From an uncultured Rhabdochlamydiaceae bacterium (lineage in GTDB: Bacteria; Chlamydiota; Chlamydiia; Chlamydiales; Rhabdochlamydiaceae): DNA of 64,000 nucleotides. Position 1 is the first letter of the stretch. The number at the start of each line of letters is the position of its first letter. The stretch is taken from NCBI GenBank assembly GCA_963712275.1, contig CAVQHD010000001.1, positions 128,001 through 192,000 on the forward strand, given 5' to 3'. The notes beneath the pieces were generated by a model. That model worked only from the letters and a program-made list of their open reading frames with translations. It made no database searches and was not told the origin of the DNA. Shown one piece after another: positions 11,419 through 20,904 of this stretch. The translations under genes were made by a program, and so were the position numbers.

Positions 11419-13085
11419 GTAACAGTTCAGATACCCCCGCCTTCGGCAGGATAGGGGTATCTGAAAAAAATGGAAGAGGATTAAACGGCGATTAATAACG
11501 GGACGACTTCTTGACGCACTTCTAATAGCCGTGGACAGCCTTTTATGGCCTCGGATAAAGCATCCCAGATATTCCAGCCCTGTTTTCGGGCTGTCGATAA
11601 GTAGCTCCGAATACGACAAAAAATCTGGCCTCCTTTGGGAGTTCTAAAACAGCCTGCGATCTTTTGCTTGAGCTTTACCATACGAATATCCTGCTCTCCT
11701 TGATTGTTCGTAAAGGGTACTGCAAAATCGTACATGAAGAGGAGGACACTGCTACGGTACTCTTGGAACCGGTCCAGAAGGTTTTTACCATCCCTCTGCT
11801 TTTGCCTGCCTCGCTTGCCTTTAGGCAAGGGAGGCAGTCGCGAGTGATATTCAAGCCCCTCAGCAATAATTTGTGTATACGCCTGTTCTATCTGGTGTAA
11901 AACCTCTTTGGGAAGCACCCATTGAGCTAGATATTTCTCGACCTCATTTTTTGCAAAAATGAGAAGGTCTTTCATCCGTTTTGCCCAACCTTCTTTTTTT
12001 TCCTCATGTATGAATGTAAGCTCCCGCAAATGATGGGCATTGCACAGCCCATGCACAACCTGTTCGTAAGAAAAATAAGGAAACCAATGGTCATGGATCG
12101 CTTTCCCTCGGAACTGGGATAAAATATTCGCCTCATCCATTGCTTCTTTCCCACGTTTGGAATGTATCATGTAGAAAGTCGACCATTGTGATGAGGTTAC
12201 GTGAACCCAGTGAAGTTTTTTCTCACATCTCATCCCTGTTTCATCAAAATGCAGAATCTGTGCTGCTAACAGGTATACTTTTAGACTGCTCTCGAACGAT
12301 TCGAGCTTCTGAAAGAGCTTTTCGTCAACATTTGCACAAGTGCCTGGTGAAATAGCAATGCCAAAAATGTCCTCGAAGATTTCGCATACACGGTCAACAG
12401 GTATAAAATGTTGATGGGCAAAGTAAGCTGTTAGTGCTTGAACTCTCTCTCCATATTGAACGGGGCCTCTAACATTCTCAGGGAAAGCTGCCCTATTGAA
12501 CTCTCCACAACAAGGACATTGTTTTTCCAGAGCACGATGTTCTGTTACCTCGATTTTTGGTTGGGGTAAATCAAAGACTTGTCGCGCTTCAGTGCAAACA
12601 CCCGCTACTTGACTGAGACTCGATCCACATCCGTTACAGCTTGTAGGCGTATGAGTCACCACTAAATCAGGATTTGCGACTTGAGCAAGACCTTTTCCGA
12701 CATGTCCTTGTTGTCCTCCTGGTTTTTTGCCCGATTGATTGCGTAGGCTTTTTGGCTTTCTCTTCAACCCATCGCTGCTAGGAGGTTTGCTACTATTGGA
12801 GCTGTTTTTCGATAGACGAGTTTCTAAATCTTGGACACGGGTTTCTAGCTGTTGTATGCGGATCTGCTGTTGCTGAATGGTTGCTTCGAGATAACGAATA
12901 TATGAACGGATCGACTCGGGCAATGAATCAAAAACTTCACCGGAAAGACTTGGTATCGAACCTGTCGAATAATTCATGCTAACATGGTATCAAAAAACTC
13001 TTACGATGAAAAGTTAAATTTTATCTTCATGCCACTTTTCAGATGCCCCCTGTCTTGCCGAAGGCGGGGGTATCTGAACTGTTAC
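11419..13085 (-). mobile_element. IS66-family element, single-ORF type
   Basis: ~50-bp TIRs starting GTAACAGTTCAGATACCCCCGCC. 8-bp TSD CTTTAAGC at 11411-11418 and 13086-13093. Confidence 0.93.
11481..12977 (-). CDS. IS66 transposase (TnpC-like)
   Basis: Coiled coil, NSSKPPSSD, zinc-finger cysteines, HFDETG, CNAHHLREL and FTNNQGEQDIRMVK. Confidence 0.95.
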   Translation of the reverse strand: MNYSTGSIPSLSGEVFDSLPESIRSYIRYLEATIQQQQIRIQQLETRVQDLETRLSKNSSNSSKPPSSDGLKRKPKSLRNQSGKKPGGQQGHVGKGLAQVANPDLVVTHTPTSCNGCGSSLSQVAGVCTEARQVFDLPQPKIEVTEHRALEKQCPCCGEFNRAAFPENVRGPVQYGERVQALTAYFAHQHFIPVDRVCEIFEDIFGIAISPGTCANVDEKLFQKLESFESSLKVYLLAAQILHFDETGMRCEKKLHWVHVTSSQWSTFYMIHSKRGKEAMDEANILSQFRGKAIHDHWFPYFSYEQVVHGLCNAHHLRELTFIHEEKKEGWAKRMKDLLIFAKNEVEKYLAQWVLPKEVLHQIEQAYTQIIAEGLEYHSRLPPLPKGKRGRQKQRDGKNLLDRFQEYRSSVLLFMYDFAVPFTNNQGEQDIRMVKLKQKIAGCFRTPKGGQIFCRIRSYLSTARKQGWNIWDALSEAIKGCPRLLEVRQEVVPLLIAV

Positions 13086-14012
13086 CTTTAAGCGCGGAAT
13101 CATTTTCTCAAAAGCTTCTTTGGCCTTTACTGGATTTTCTACCCAAATCATGTGCCCTGCGTCTTCTATGAAGAGCAGTTCTATATTGGAGCGCTGAAAT
13201 CTTTTATCCTTTTGAAACAAGGCGAAAGGACAAATACAGTCATATTTAGAACCGATGATCAAGGTCGGGACTTTTTGAGGTACCCACTTTGCAGAAAAAT
13301 TTGACTCAATGGCCTTTCTTTGCCACCAAACCGCTGGTTGATATTGAAAGTCAACCTGCGCAAGCAACTCCCTTCCCTTTTCTAAAGTGGTTGGAGGAAA
13401 ATAATAGGGCATACAAGCATCTAAAGCCGTTCTAAATGTCTCTGGATTAGGGTTAACAGTAAATTCCTGCATTTCTTTACTAAGATCAGGCAAGTCAAAT
13501 TGCTTTGAATAAGCAACAGCTTCCTCTAGCCAAAGAGCTGGAGTTGAATTAAGAATTACAAACCCTTTTAGATAGCTTTCAAGCTCAGGGAAAAGCAACG
13601 GGAACATGCCTCCAAATGAGTGGCCCACCAGGACAGGATTATCAAACTGCTTAACGATTCCAGGGAAAAGATGAATCCATTGATCGAAATCTTCTGAGTA
13701 CCCCTCAGTCACATTGCTCCCATTTCCTGGAAGATCGATTAACCAGACATTACCGGGCAATTTTAACTCATCAACAAGGCTACGAAGGTAACTTGAGTCA
13801 GCTCCTGGACCACCAGGAAAAAATACCCAGTTATAAGGCTTCCCTTCGTTGGTTTGATAAAGTTCATATCTAACATGATTGGAGTCATATAAATAATTTT
13901 GCATTGCAATTTCCTTGATACAATGGGTTTCTTGGGCAGCAACTTCACAGTTAAAGACAGCACTACCCATAGTAACTGCCGTGATGGCTATGAAAGAGCA
14001 ATAAGTTCTCAT
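13014..14012 (-). CDS. Alpha/beta hydrolase (proline iminopeptidase-like); last 23 aa derived from the IS66 TIR
   Basis: PGGPG oxyanion loop, GHSFGG nucleophile elbow and AGH motif. Confidence 0.85.
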   Translation of the reverse strand: MRTYCSFIAITAVTMGSAVFNCEVAAQETHCIKEIAMQNYLYDSNHVRYELYQTNEGKPYNWVFFPGGPGADSSYLRSLVDELKLPGNVWLIDLPGNGSNVTEGYSEDFDQWIHLFPGIVKQFDNPVLVGHSFGGMFPLLFPELESYLKGFVILNSTPALWLEEAVAYSKQFDLPDLSKEMQEFTVNPNPETFRTALDACMPYYFPPTTLEKGRELLAQVDFQYQPAVWWQRKAIESNFSAKWVPQKVPTLIIGSKYDCICPFALFQKDKRFQRSNIELLFIEDAGHMIWVENPVKAKEAFEKMIPRLKVTVQIPPPSARQGASEKWHEDKI

Positions 14013-14076
14013 GAAAGTTATTCCTTTTTTGGTTGCGTTGTACCCCTGTTGGCATCTCGGATTTCAGCTTTGGATA

Positions 14077-14554
14077 TCATAGATTCCAGCCCCCATTGTA
14101 GAGCCAGTAAAGCGACAATCCAAAGCATATCCAAACCTGAATGTGTAAAATAACATGAAGGGTATTTGGGACGACGTTATCTCCTCGTGACGGCAGGAAT
14201 GAGTGGGTATCGCGATATTCTTCAAAACCCGCTTTATTGCCATGTATCCAATATCCACCGCCAAAATAGGGAATCCACCAAGCGGTAATTGTCCCAAAAG
14301 TGATGAGGCCATAGATAACTACAAAAAGAAGACGAGCCCAAAGTGGTAGCGAGGATGTAAGATAAATGAATGTCACTATAAGAGAAATCAAGATGAGTCC
14401 AGCATTTACAGCAGACCCAATCAGTCGAAATTTCAGAGAGAGAATGAGCTTTTTTCAGAGCTGGTAGATTAGTGAAGGGAGGAAGATCAATCCAATCGTG
14501 TAACGCCATGAAAAGTAATAAAATGGATTGGATAATCACAAAGAAGTAATTCAC
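14077..14554 (-). pseudogene. Frameshifted small membrane protein
   Basis: The HDWIDLPPFTNL N-terminal part and the WWIPYF/THSFLP..GDNVVPNTLH C-terminal part are in different frames. The break lies in a (CT)n tract at ~14435-14443. Confidence 0.75.
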
Positions 14555-14708
14555 AATTTGAAATCCTCATCGCTTATCGGGAAAAAGTAGTATAGGGTTT
14601 TTTCTGGGAGGAATCAAGATATTCAACCATTTGATCTAGCATATTCAAATTGTCTAACAGCCGTTAGACGATTGCGTGATGATCCATTGGCACCCTCTCA
14701 ACCTGATT

Positions 14709-14831
14709 TGTAAGAAAATATTATCAATATTTCTTACACAACAAAAACTAAGTTATTTATTATTAGATACTTAAGAATAGATTCAAAATGACCCTTGCAT
14801 TTGTAAGAAAAACATGCCATTATTTCTTACA
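14709..14831 (+). promoter_or_regulatory. Two operators TGTAAGAAA-N12-TTTCTTACA and a sigma70-type promoter for the TA operon
   Basis: Inverted repeats at 14709-14738 and 14802-14831. TTGCAT (14795) - 17 bp - CATTAT (14818) with a TGn extension. Confidence 0.75.
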
Positions 14832-15454
14832 TGAAGAGCAATCAAAAGAATCCAAATAGCATTGATTATCAAATACTTAAAACTATAAATAGCCTTGGAC
14901 ATGGTGCTGTATTTGTTCCAATAGACTTTTTAGGCTTTGGTAGTCGGCAAGCGGTCGATATTGCTCTCCATCGACTGGTTCTAAAAGGAACCATTCGCCG
15001 CCTTGCAAGGGGAATATATGATTTTCCTAAAGAACATCCTAAGCTTGGAAAACTCCTACCATCTCCAGAAAAGATCGCAGAGGCGTTGGTTGGCAGAGAT
15101 TGCACCCGCATTCAACCAACCGGCGCTTATGCAGCCAATATTCTAGGACTATCCGAACAGGTCCCTGCCAAAGTTGTGTTCCTAACAGATGGGCCAAGTC
15201 GGACAGTAAAAATCGGAACAACAACCATTCAGCTACGGAGAACAACTCCCAAAAATATGGCGATGGCAGGACGATTCAGTGGACTTCTAGTTCAAGCTCT
15301 CCGTGAATTAGGTAAAGAAAATGTCACCCCAGAACGAATTGAACATTTAAAACGGACTATTCCACTGGATGCAAGACAAGAACTGCTCAAGGATATTCGA
15401 TTTACACCAGAATGGATGCATTCTATTTTCAGAAAACTGGCTCAGGAGGATTAA
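14831..15454 (+). CDS. AbiEi-like type IV antitoxin / transcriptional regulator (DUF6088-like)
   Basis: wHTH with IRRLARGIYD and GAYAANILGLSEQVP..VFLTDGPSR. Directly upstream of the AbiEii-like gene. Confidence 0.85.
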   Translation: MKSNQKNPNSIDYQILKTINSLGHGAVFVPIDFLGFGSRQAVDIALHRLVLKGTIRRLARGIYDFPKEHPKLGKLLPSPEKIAEALVGRDCTRIQPTGAYAANILGLSEQVPAKVVFLTDGPSRTVKIGTTTIQLRRTTPKNMAMAGRFSGLLVQALRELGKENVTPERIEHLKRTIPLDARQELLKDIRFTPEWMHSIFRKLAQED

Positions 15455-16429
15455 ATGAAACTCGACTTTTTAAAATTACCTTCCAATGAACGACGCCTCT
15501 ACATTGAACAAGCGGCTATTCAGAGAAATATCTCCCCAGTAATCATGGAGAAAGATTTTTTCGTATGCTGGTTACTCAGTATCCTGTTTGAGTCGCAGTT
15601 TGCTGACAGTCTTGTATTCAAGGGAGGCACCTCTCTATCAAAGATATTTGGAGCAATCAACCGATTTTCTGAAGATATTGATCTTTCGCTATCCCCAGCC
15701 TTTCTTGGACTGCCTGAATCTGTGGCAAATCGCAGCCAAGCTGACAAATGGTGGGAAAAAGCTGAAGAAGCATGTGAACGTGCTGTTCAAACTCAGATTA
15801 TGCCGACGTTAGAAGCATCAGCATTGGGCGTATTAGGAAAACATGAGCAGGCAAGATTCGAGTTTTTAAAAGACTCCCAAACCAAGTCGCCGGTAATTCT
15901 TTTCCATTATCCATCATCGCTACCAACTGGATTTGACTATATCAAACGCTCTGTAAAACTCGAATTCGGCTCTCTAACTGATCAACAACCCACTGGACGC
16001 TATCCGATACGACCCTGGATTGCCGAGATTTTCCCTGCAGTATTTCCCGATTGGCAATGTAAAGTCATAGCTCTAGAAATTGAGCGAACTTTCTGGGAAA
16101 AGGCTACGATTCTACACGCAGAGTACCATCGACCTCTCGATAAGCCAATGCGAGATAGATTCTCCCGCCACTATGCTGATACTGCGGCACTGGCAAATCA
16201 TTCAGAAGCAATCAAAGCTATTGATTACGACGACCTTCGAGACAGAGTGGTTTCATGGAAAACTCTGTTCTTTCGCGACTCTTTAGCAAACTATACCCAA
16301 GCCAAACCTGGCACATTTCGTCTTGTTCCAAGAGCTGAAAGATTGCCTGAATTGCGACGTGATTATCAGTTGATGCGCGATATGTACCTTGGTGAGCCTG
16401 TCAGTTTTGATGATATGATGATATACTGA
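15455..16429 (+). CDS. AbiEii/AbiGii nucleotidyltransferase toxin, C-terminus truncated by an 8-bp duplication
   Basis: EKDF, FKGGTSLSK, RFSEDIDL, ERTFWEK and SRHYAD motifs. Confidence 0.9.
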   Translation: MKLDFLKLPSNERRLYIEQAAIQRNISPVIMEKDFFVCWLLSILFESQFADSLVFKGGTSLSKIFGAINRFSEDIDLSLSPAFLGLPESVANRSQADKWWEKAEEACERAVQTQIMPTLEASALGVLGKHEQARFEFLKDSQTKSPVILFHYPSSLPTGFDYIKRSVKLEFGSLTDQQPTGRYPIRPWIAEIFPAVFPDWQCKVIALEIERTFWEKATILHAEYHRPLDKPMRDRFSRHYADTAALANHSEAIKAIDYDDLRDRVVSWKTLFFRDSLANYTQAKPGTFRLVPRAERLPELRRDYQLMRDMYLGEPVSFDDMMIY

Positions 16430-16544
16430 GCATGCTATCCAACCTAGAGCATCGTATTAATCTCATAGAGGCACTGTCTCACTCCCTATAACATAATAGA
16501 ACCAATCATCATCAGGTCGTCTGATCGATGTTTTTTTTGGATAT

Positions 16545-17153
16545 CTATAAGGACTCCTTTAACTTATATGTTGAATTTTCAGCATCTTGATCAAATGGAT
16601 TCAATGCGTCAACCAGTAAAATAGAGCTAAAACTACTCTTCTGAAAAAGTGGGTCGATATCAATTGCCAACTTACCTAGATAGGAGCTAGAAATCTCTAT
16701 ATCCCTTTTAAAGCCACAAAATGAGGGGTCAAGTATTTCAACGATCAAAGTGCCTTTTTTCAAAAATGAATTCACCTTGCGAGGATACGTCATTGTCAAC
16801 TTCTTCTCTATCCCAGCTTGAAGCCTGCTCTTTGTATCTACACGGTACTCTCTCCAATCTCCTCCTTGGGAAGAAGGAATAGAATTGGGCGCCAGTTTAA
16901 CTCCATACAAGTTTTCAAATTCCTGAAAATCTTTTATGCCAAATAGATTTTGAAAAAGATGTGCTTCTTCGTTAGTTTGAATTACATTCGTACATTCACC
17001 CCATTCCTCTTCTCCTGCAAAATCACACTAGCCTTGTTGTCCAGTTATGGCATCTAATACTTGAAATTTTTTGTTAACTAATCTTTCATAGCTTTTCACT
17101 GTTCTCTCTGTTAATAAAAATTTAATTGCACACTGAAAAGTGATAGTTTTCAT
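16545..17153 (-). pseudogene. Disrupted hypothetical gene
   Basis: AAGGAG RBS and ATG at 17153 open a 43-codon frame. The 16545 ORF frame extends upstream only to a TAG near 17030. Confidence 0.5.
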
Positions 17154-17299
17154 GTCTACTCCTTGATTAGATTTCTAAAGTGTTTACTTCCTCTTGAATT
17201 TTCGCCTTCAATTTTGAAGCACCCGTTTGGGTGATTTAAAGAAATCTAGAACTCCGGATATACTCCGGATCGTTTACGCCGGCAAGAACGTAAAACGAA

Positions 17300-17372
<73 letters not shown>

Positions 17373-17414
17373 AAAGGAGGGTTGGTAAGTCACTTTTCTC
17401 TTTGCCTAACCAAA

Positions 17415-17585
17415 GAAGTAGTTGCAAAACTCAGGGTTCGTCGATTTTCGGGATTATTTTGACCGATTTTCGATCCAAATTGCGGGGGTAATATCGACTT
17501 TCAGTATATTACCCCCGCAATTTGGATCGAAAATCGGTTCAAAAGAACCCGAAAATCGACTGAACCTGAGTTTTGCAACTACCTC
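17415..17585. mobile_element. Palindromic MITE family A, copy A2
   Basis: 171-bp hairpin nearly identical to A1, with CAAA duplicated on both sides. Confidence 0.9.
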
Positions 17586-17598
17586 CAAAGAAGGAATC

Positions 17599-17627
17599 AG
17601 GATAGAGAGCCTTCCATTTTTTAGCAA
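17599..17627 (-). promoter_or_regulatory. Putative tRNA-Phe promoter
   Basis: TTGCTA - 17 bp - TATCCT on the minus strand. Confidence 0.6.
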
Positions 17628-17718
17628 TATTTGATGGCATGCATCATTTAAAAATTTAATTTTATCAAGCGATAATCTTGCACCTATTCGATAGAGCCTG
17701 ATATCCTATGTGGTACCC

Positions 17719-18771
17719 ATGCTACCACTTGCAGATTACCAACCTGAAAAAATTATTGTTCGGATGCCAAACTGGATCGGAGATCTCGTCATGGCAACTC
17801 CGGTTTTAACAGACCTTCGAAGAACGTTTCCGAAAGCCCACATAACGGCGATGTGCCGAATGCCGATTTCAGACCTTTTACGCGAAGACCAAGATATCGA
17901 TGAGCTTTTTTGCTTCAGTAAAGCAAACCGTTTTGGAAGGCGGAACAATAAACGAGATATTGTCGAAAAGTTAAAACGGGGCAAGTACGACTTAGGAATT
18001 CTTTTAACCCATTCTTTTTCCTCCGCCTGGTGGTTTTGGCTAGGACGAGTTAAAAGACGTCTGGGATATCGGGGAAACGGCCGCGGATTGCTCTTAACTG
18101 ATAAACTCCCTCTTCCAGAAAATGTCCATGAACAACATCTTGTTGAAACCTATAAAATGCTTTTGATGCCTCTAGGCATCCCCCTTTCGATGACAAAACC
18201 ACGCCTTTTTCTAACGGAAAAAGAGTTGAATGAAGCAAGGACTCTTCTAAAACAGCTCGGGATTTCTTCTGAGCACGCTTTGGTTGGAATCAATCCCGGA
18301 GCTGCTTACGGTTCTGCAAAATGTTGGCTTCCTGAGCGTTTCCGAGAGGTCACAAAACGGCTTCTAAAATTAGACCATGTCCGGATGATCTATTTTGGCG
18401 ATCAAGCATCGATGCCTCTCGTGAAGCAAATTTGCAAAGATCTTCCTTCTCCTGTGATCAACCTGGCAGGATTAACATCTCTTCGCGAACTGGCTTCTCT
18501 CATCAAATTATGCCGGGTTCTTTTGACTAATGACAGTGGTCCCATGCATATTGCCGCAGCTGTTGGTACTCCACTGGTGGCTCTCTTCGGATCAACGAAT
18601 GAAGTGGTCACAGGTCCTTATAAGCAAGGAACAGTCATCCATAAGCATGTGTCGTGTTCTCCCTGCTATGAGCGGGTTTGCCCGATCGATTTCCGGTGCA
18701 TGAAACGGATTGAAGCAGACGAAGTCTATAATGAGATTGTTCGACTATTAAATGAGACTCCCCATGTTTAA
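17719..18771 (+). CDS. waaF: LPS heptosyltransferase II-like (GT9)
   Basis: PNWIGDLVMA, NPGAAYGSAKCW and TNDSGPMHIAAA motifs. Confidence 0.88.
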   Translation: MLPLADYQPEKIIVRMPNWIGDLVMATPVLTDLRRTFPKAHITAMCRMPISDLLREDQDIDELFCFSKANRFGRRNNKRDIVEKLKRGKYDLGILLTHSFSSAWWFWLGRVKRRLGYRGNGRGLLLTDKLPLPENVHEQHLVETYKMLLMPLGIPLSMTKPRLFLTEKELNEARTLLKQLGISSEHALVGINPGAAYGSAKCWLPERFREVTKRLLKLDHVRMIYFGDQASMPLVKQICKDLPSPVINLAGLTSLRELASLIKLCRVLLTNDSGPMHIAAAVGTPLVALFGSTNEVVTGPYKQGTVIHKHVSCSPCYERVCPIDFRCMKRIEADEVYNEIVRLLNETPHV

Positions 18772-19627
18772 GCGTCTTTGGAAAAGGCTGGGGCCCAATC
18801 CTCTGGATCAGATGCTCAAAAAAGGGGCCAAACGGGGGTGTAAAACCGTTCTGATTCCTTGGAATCGAGGAATGGGAGATATTGCATTAGGTCTTTACGC
18901 TATTGTCCACCGCATTAAAAATGTGATTCCAGATGCCGCAATTACCTGTGTGACACGTTCTGACCTGGAGGAGCCCTTTCAACTTCTCTCAGGCGTCGAT
19001 ATGATCATCGACGAAACTTGGAAACGAGGAGTTCCCTATACACTCTCTCCAACACTCCCCCATTTTGACTTGGTTTTAGACCAGGCTGATCCTTCCCACT
19101 GGGTTACCTGGCAGCGAGGAACTCTCATTCCTAAAATGGAATGGAATGAAAAGTGGAATGATCTCCACCTTCGCTTTCATTTGCCCAAAAATTGTGTTGC
19201 TGCGCATGTTCATTGTGAAACAAATTACTATTTTGAAAGAAACTGGCCTTCCGCGCGGTGGCAAGAGCTTTTTAACAGAATCCAGCAGCCTATCATTCTC
19301 TTTGGCCTTAAAAAAGAACCTCTTTTTAAACATCCTCACCTGTATGACCTCCGAGGAGAGACATCTTTTTTGGAAATTCTATCGATTATCAAACACTGCT
19401 GCCAGACTCTCATCGCTCCCGATTCAGGAATTCTAGGACTCACCTATTTTTTAAATGTCTCTTTTCCACTCCATGTTGTCTCTCTATGGGCAGACCCCAA
19501 TCATGGTGTTTTGAAACAAAATGTTGTTTCTCCTAACCCTCTTTTAAAGCACACTCCTGTGATCAGTCCCAATCGAAAAGAGGCAGCACTCATCACCTCT
19601 CAAGCCGTTTGGGAGGCCTTATGCTAA
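18764..19627 (+). CDS. GT9-like glycosyltransferase
   Basis: RGMGDIAL, DLRGETS and APDSG motifs. Confidence 0.75.
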   Translation: MFKRLWKRLGPNPLDQMLKKGAKRGCKTVLIPWNRGMGDIALGLYAIVHRIKNVIPDAAITCVTRSDLEEPFQLLSGVDMIIDETWKRGVPYTLSPTLPHFDLVLDQADPSHWVTWQRGTLIPKMEWNEKWNDLHLRFHLPKNCVAAHVHCETNYYFERNWPSARWQELFNRIQQPIILFGLKKEPLFKHPHLYDLRGETSFLEILSIIKHCCQTLIAPDSGILGLTYFLNVSFPLHVVSLWADPNHGVLKQNVVSPNPLLKHTPVISPNRKEAALITSQAVWEALC

Positions 19628-20775
19628 AAGAAAAAATTTTATACCGCCTTCAACAAATCAACCAGCTCCATCTAGTAGCAGGCTTAGACGACCTTTCTCA
19701 AGAGCAGCAAGAGAAGTTTTTCAATACGCTGTCCCTAGAACTTTTTAAATCTCAGCAAGAGAGGCTTAAATGGACCGAGACTTCTTCTACTTTAGAGCCT
19801 ATTTACGATGCAGAAGCCGCCTCAGAAGTATGGAAACCTCTTGGGATTCATCGAATCTCTCAAGGAAAGGTTGCTTGCCTGATCTTAGCCGGAGGTCAAG
19901 GAAGCCGCCTAGGATCTTCTCTTCCCAAAGCACTCGTCCCCGTGACCCCTGACGGGAAAAAGACGCTTCTTGAACTTCATCTTGAAAAGATTTCAGCTGC
20001 CTGCACACTTTACCAAACCCAAATTCCTTGCGCTATCCTCACCTCTCCAGATAATCATGAACAGATTTTCCACTTTTTAAAAGAGCGGCATTTTTGCACC
20101 CTTAATGAGCATCTTGTGACCCTAGTAATGCAAACAGAAGCTCCCTTTTTAGATGAGAGAGGCAACTGGATCTTAAGGGGAGCAGGAAGGCTTGCCTCAG
20201 GACCCGATGGCAACGGCCACGCGCTTCACCTCCTTACGTCAAACGGCGTTTTAAGTCAGTGGAAGCAGCATGGTATTGAAGAAATCACCATTGTCCCAAT
20301 TGACAATCCTCTTGCCGACCCCACCGACCCTATTTTAATCGGGTCTCATGCCGCCAAATCTGCAAACGTGACAGTGAAAGTCATTCGCAGATCTCATGCC
20401 GAAGAAAAAGTGGGTGTTCTTGTGCGTAGAGAAGGCGTTGTCGCTGTTCAAGAATATTCAGAACTCCCCCCTCAGCTTCACTTGCAAACCTCCCCGCAAG
20501 CTCCTTTAGCCTATATTGGGCTTTTTGCCCTAAACCTTTCATTTGCAGAAAAAGTGTCTAAGTACCCATTTCCTTGGCATCTTGCACGAAAACAGGACCC
20601 CTTGACAGGCCAATGGATTTGGAAGTTTGAACGATTTATCTTTGATTTGCTGCCCTACTCGAATAAAACCCACCTTGTACTCTATCCAAGGGAGAATGTG
20701 TATTCACCTCTCAAGAATAGAGAGGGAGATAAAAGTCTCGCAACCGTTCAAGCGGCTCTCAGAAGCTGTCTTTAG
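19621..20775 (+). CDS. UDPGP-family uridylyltransferase (eukaryote-type UDP-GlcNAc pyrophosphorylase)
   Basis: LAGGQGSRLG, PDGNG, IDNPL, EYSE and KFERFIFD motifs. Confidence 0.85.
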   Translation: MLKEKILYRLQQINQLHLVAGLDDLSQEQQEKFFNTLSLELFKSQQERLKWTETSSTLEPIYDAEAASEVWKPLGIHRISQGKVACLILAGGQGSRLGSSLPKALVPVTPDGKKTLLELHLEKISAACTLYQTQIPCAILTSPDNHEQIFHFLKERHFCTLNEHLVTLVMQTEAPFLDERGNWILRGAGRLASGPDGNGHALHLLTSNGVLSQWKQHGIEEITIVPIDNPLADPTDPILIGSHAAKSANVTVKVIRRSHAEEKVGVLVRREGVVAVQEYSELPPQLHLQTSPQAPLAYIGLFALNLSFAEKVSKYPFPWHLARKQDPLTGQWIWKFERFIFDLLPYSNKTHLVLYPRENVYSPLKNREGDKSLATVQAALRSCL

Positions 20776-20880
20776 AAGCTGTCTCATCGATTTTTGGGAT
20801 TACTTTGGCCAATTTTTGCGACACCTGATATTCTGTGAGGATAGAGAGGTAGACGAACCCTGAGTTTTGCGAGCTACCTC
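20762..20880. mobile_element. Degenerate hybrid MITE: two family-B left ends and a family-A right end
   Basis: GAAGCTGTCT at 20762 and 20775. Ends with GACGAACCCTGAGTTTTGCGAGCTACCTC. Confidence 0.7.
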
Positions 20881-20904
20881 TAGAGCCATCTTTAAGAGGG
20901 TGTA

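Noticed and set aside
17422..17634. Short ORFs at 17422, 30349, 41249, 60407 and 60582
   Set aside because: They are open frames of the palindromic MITEs with no RBS support, so I do not call them independent genes.
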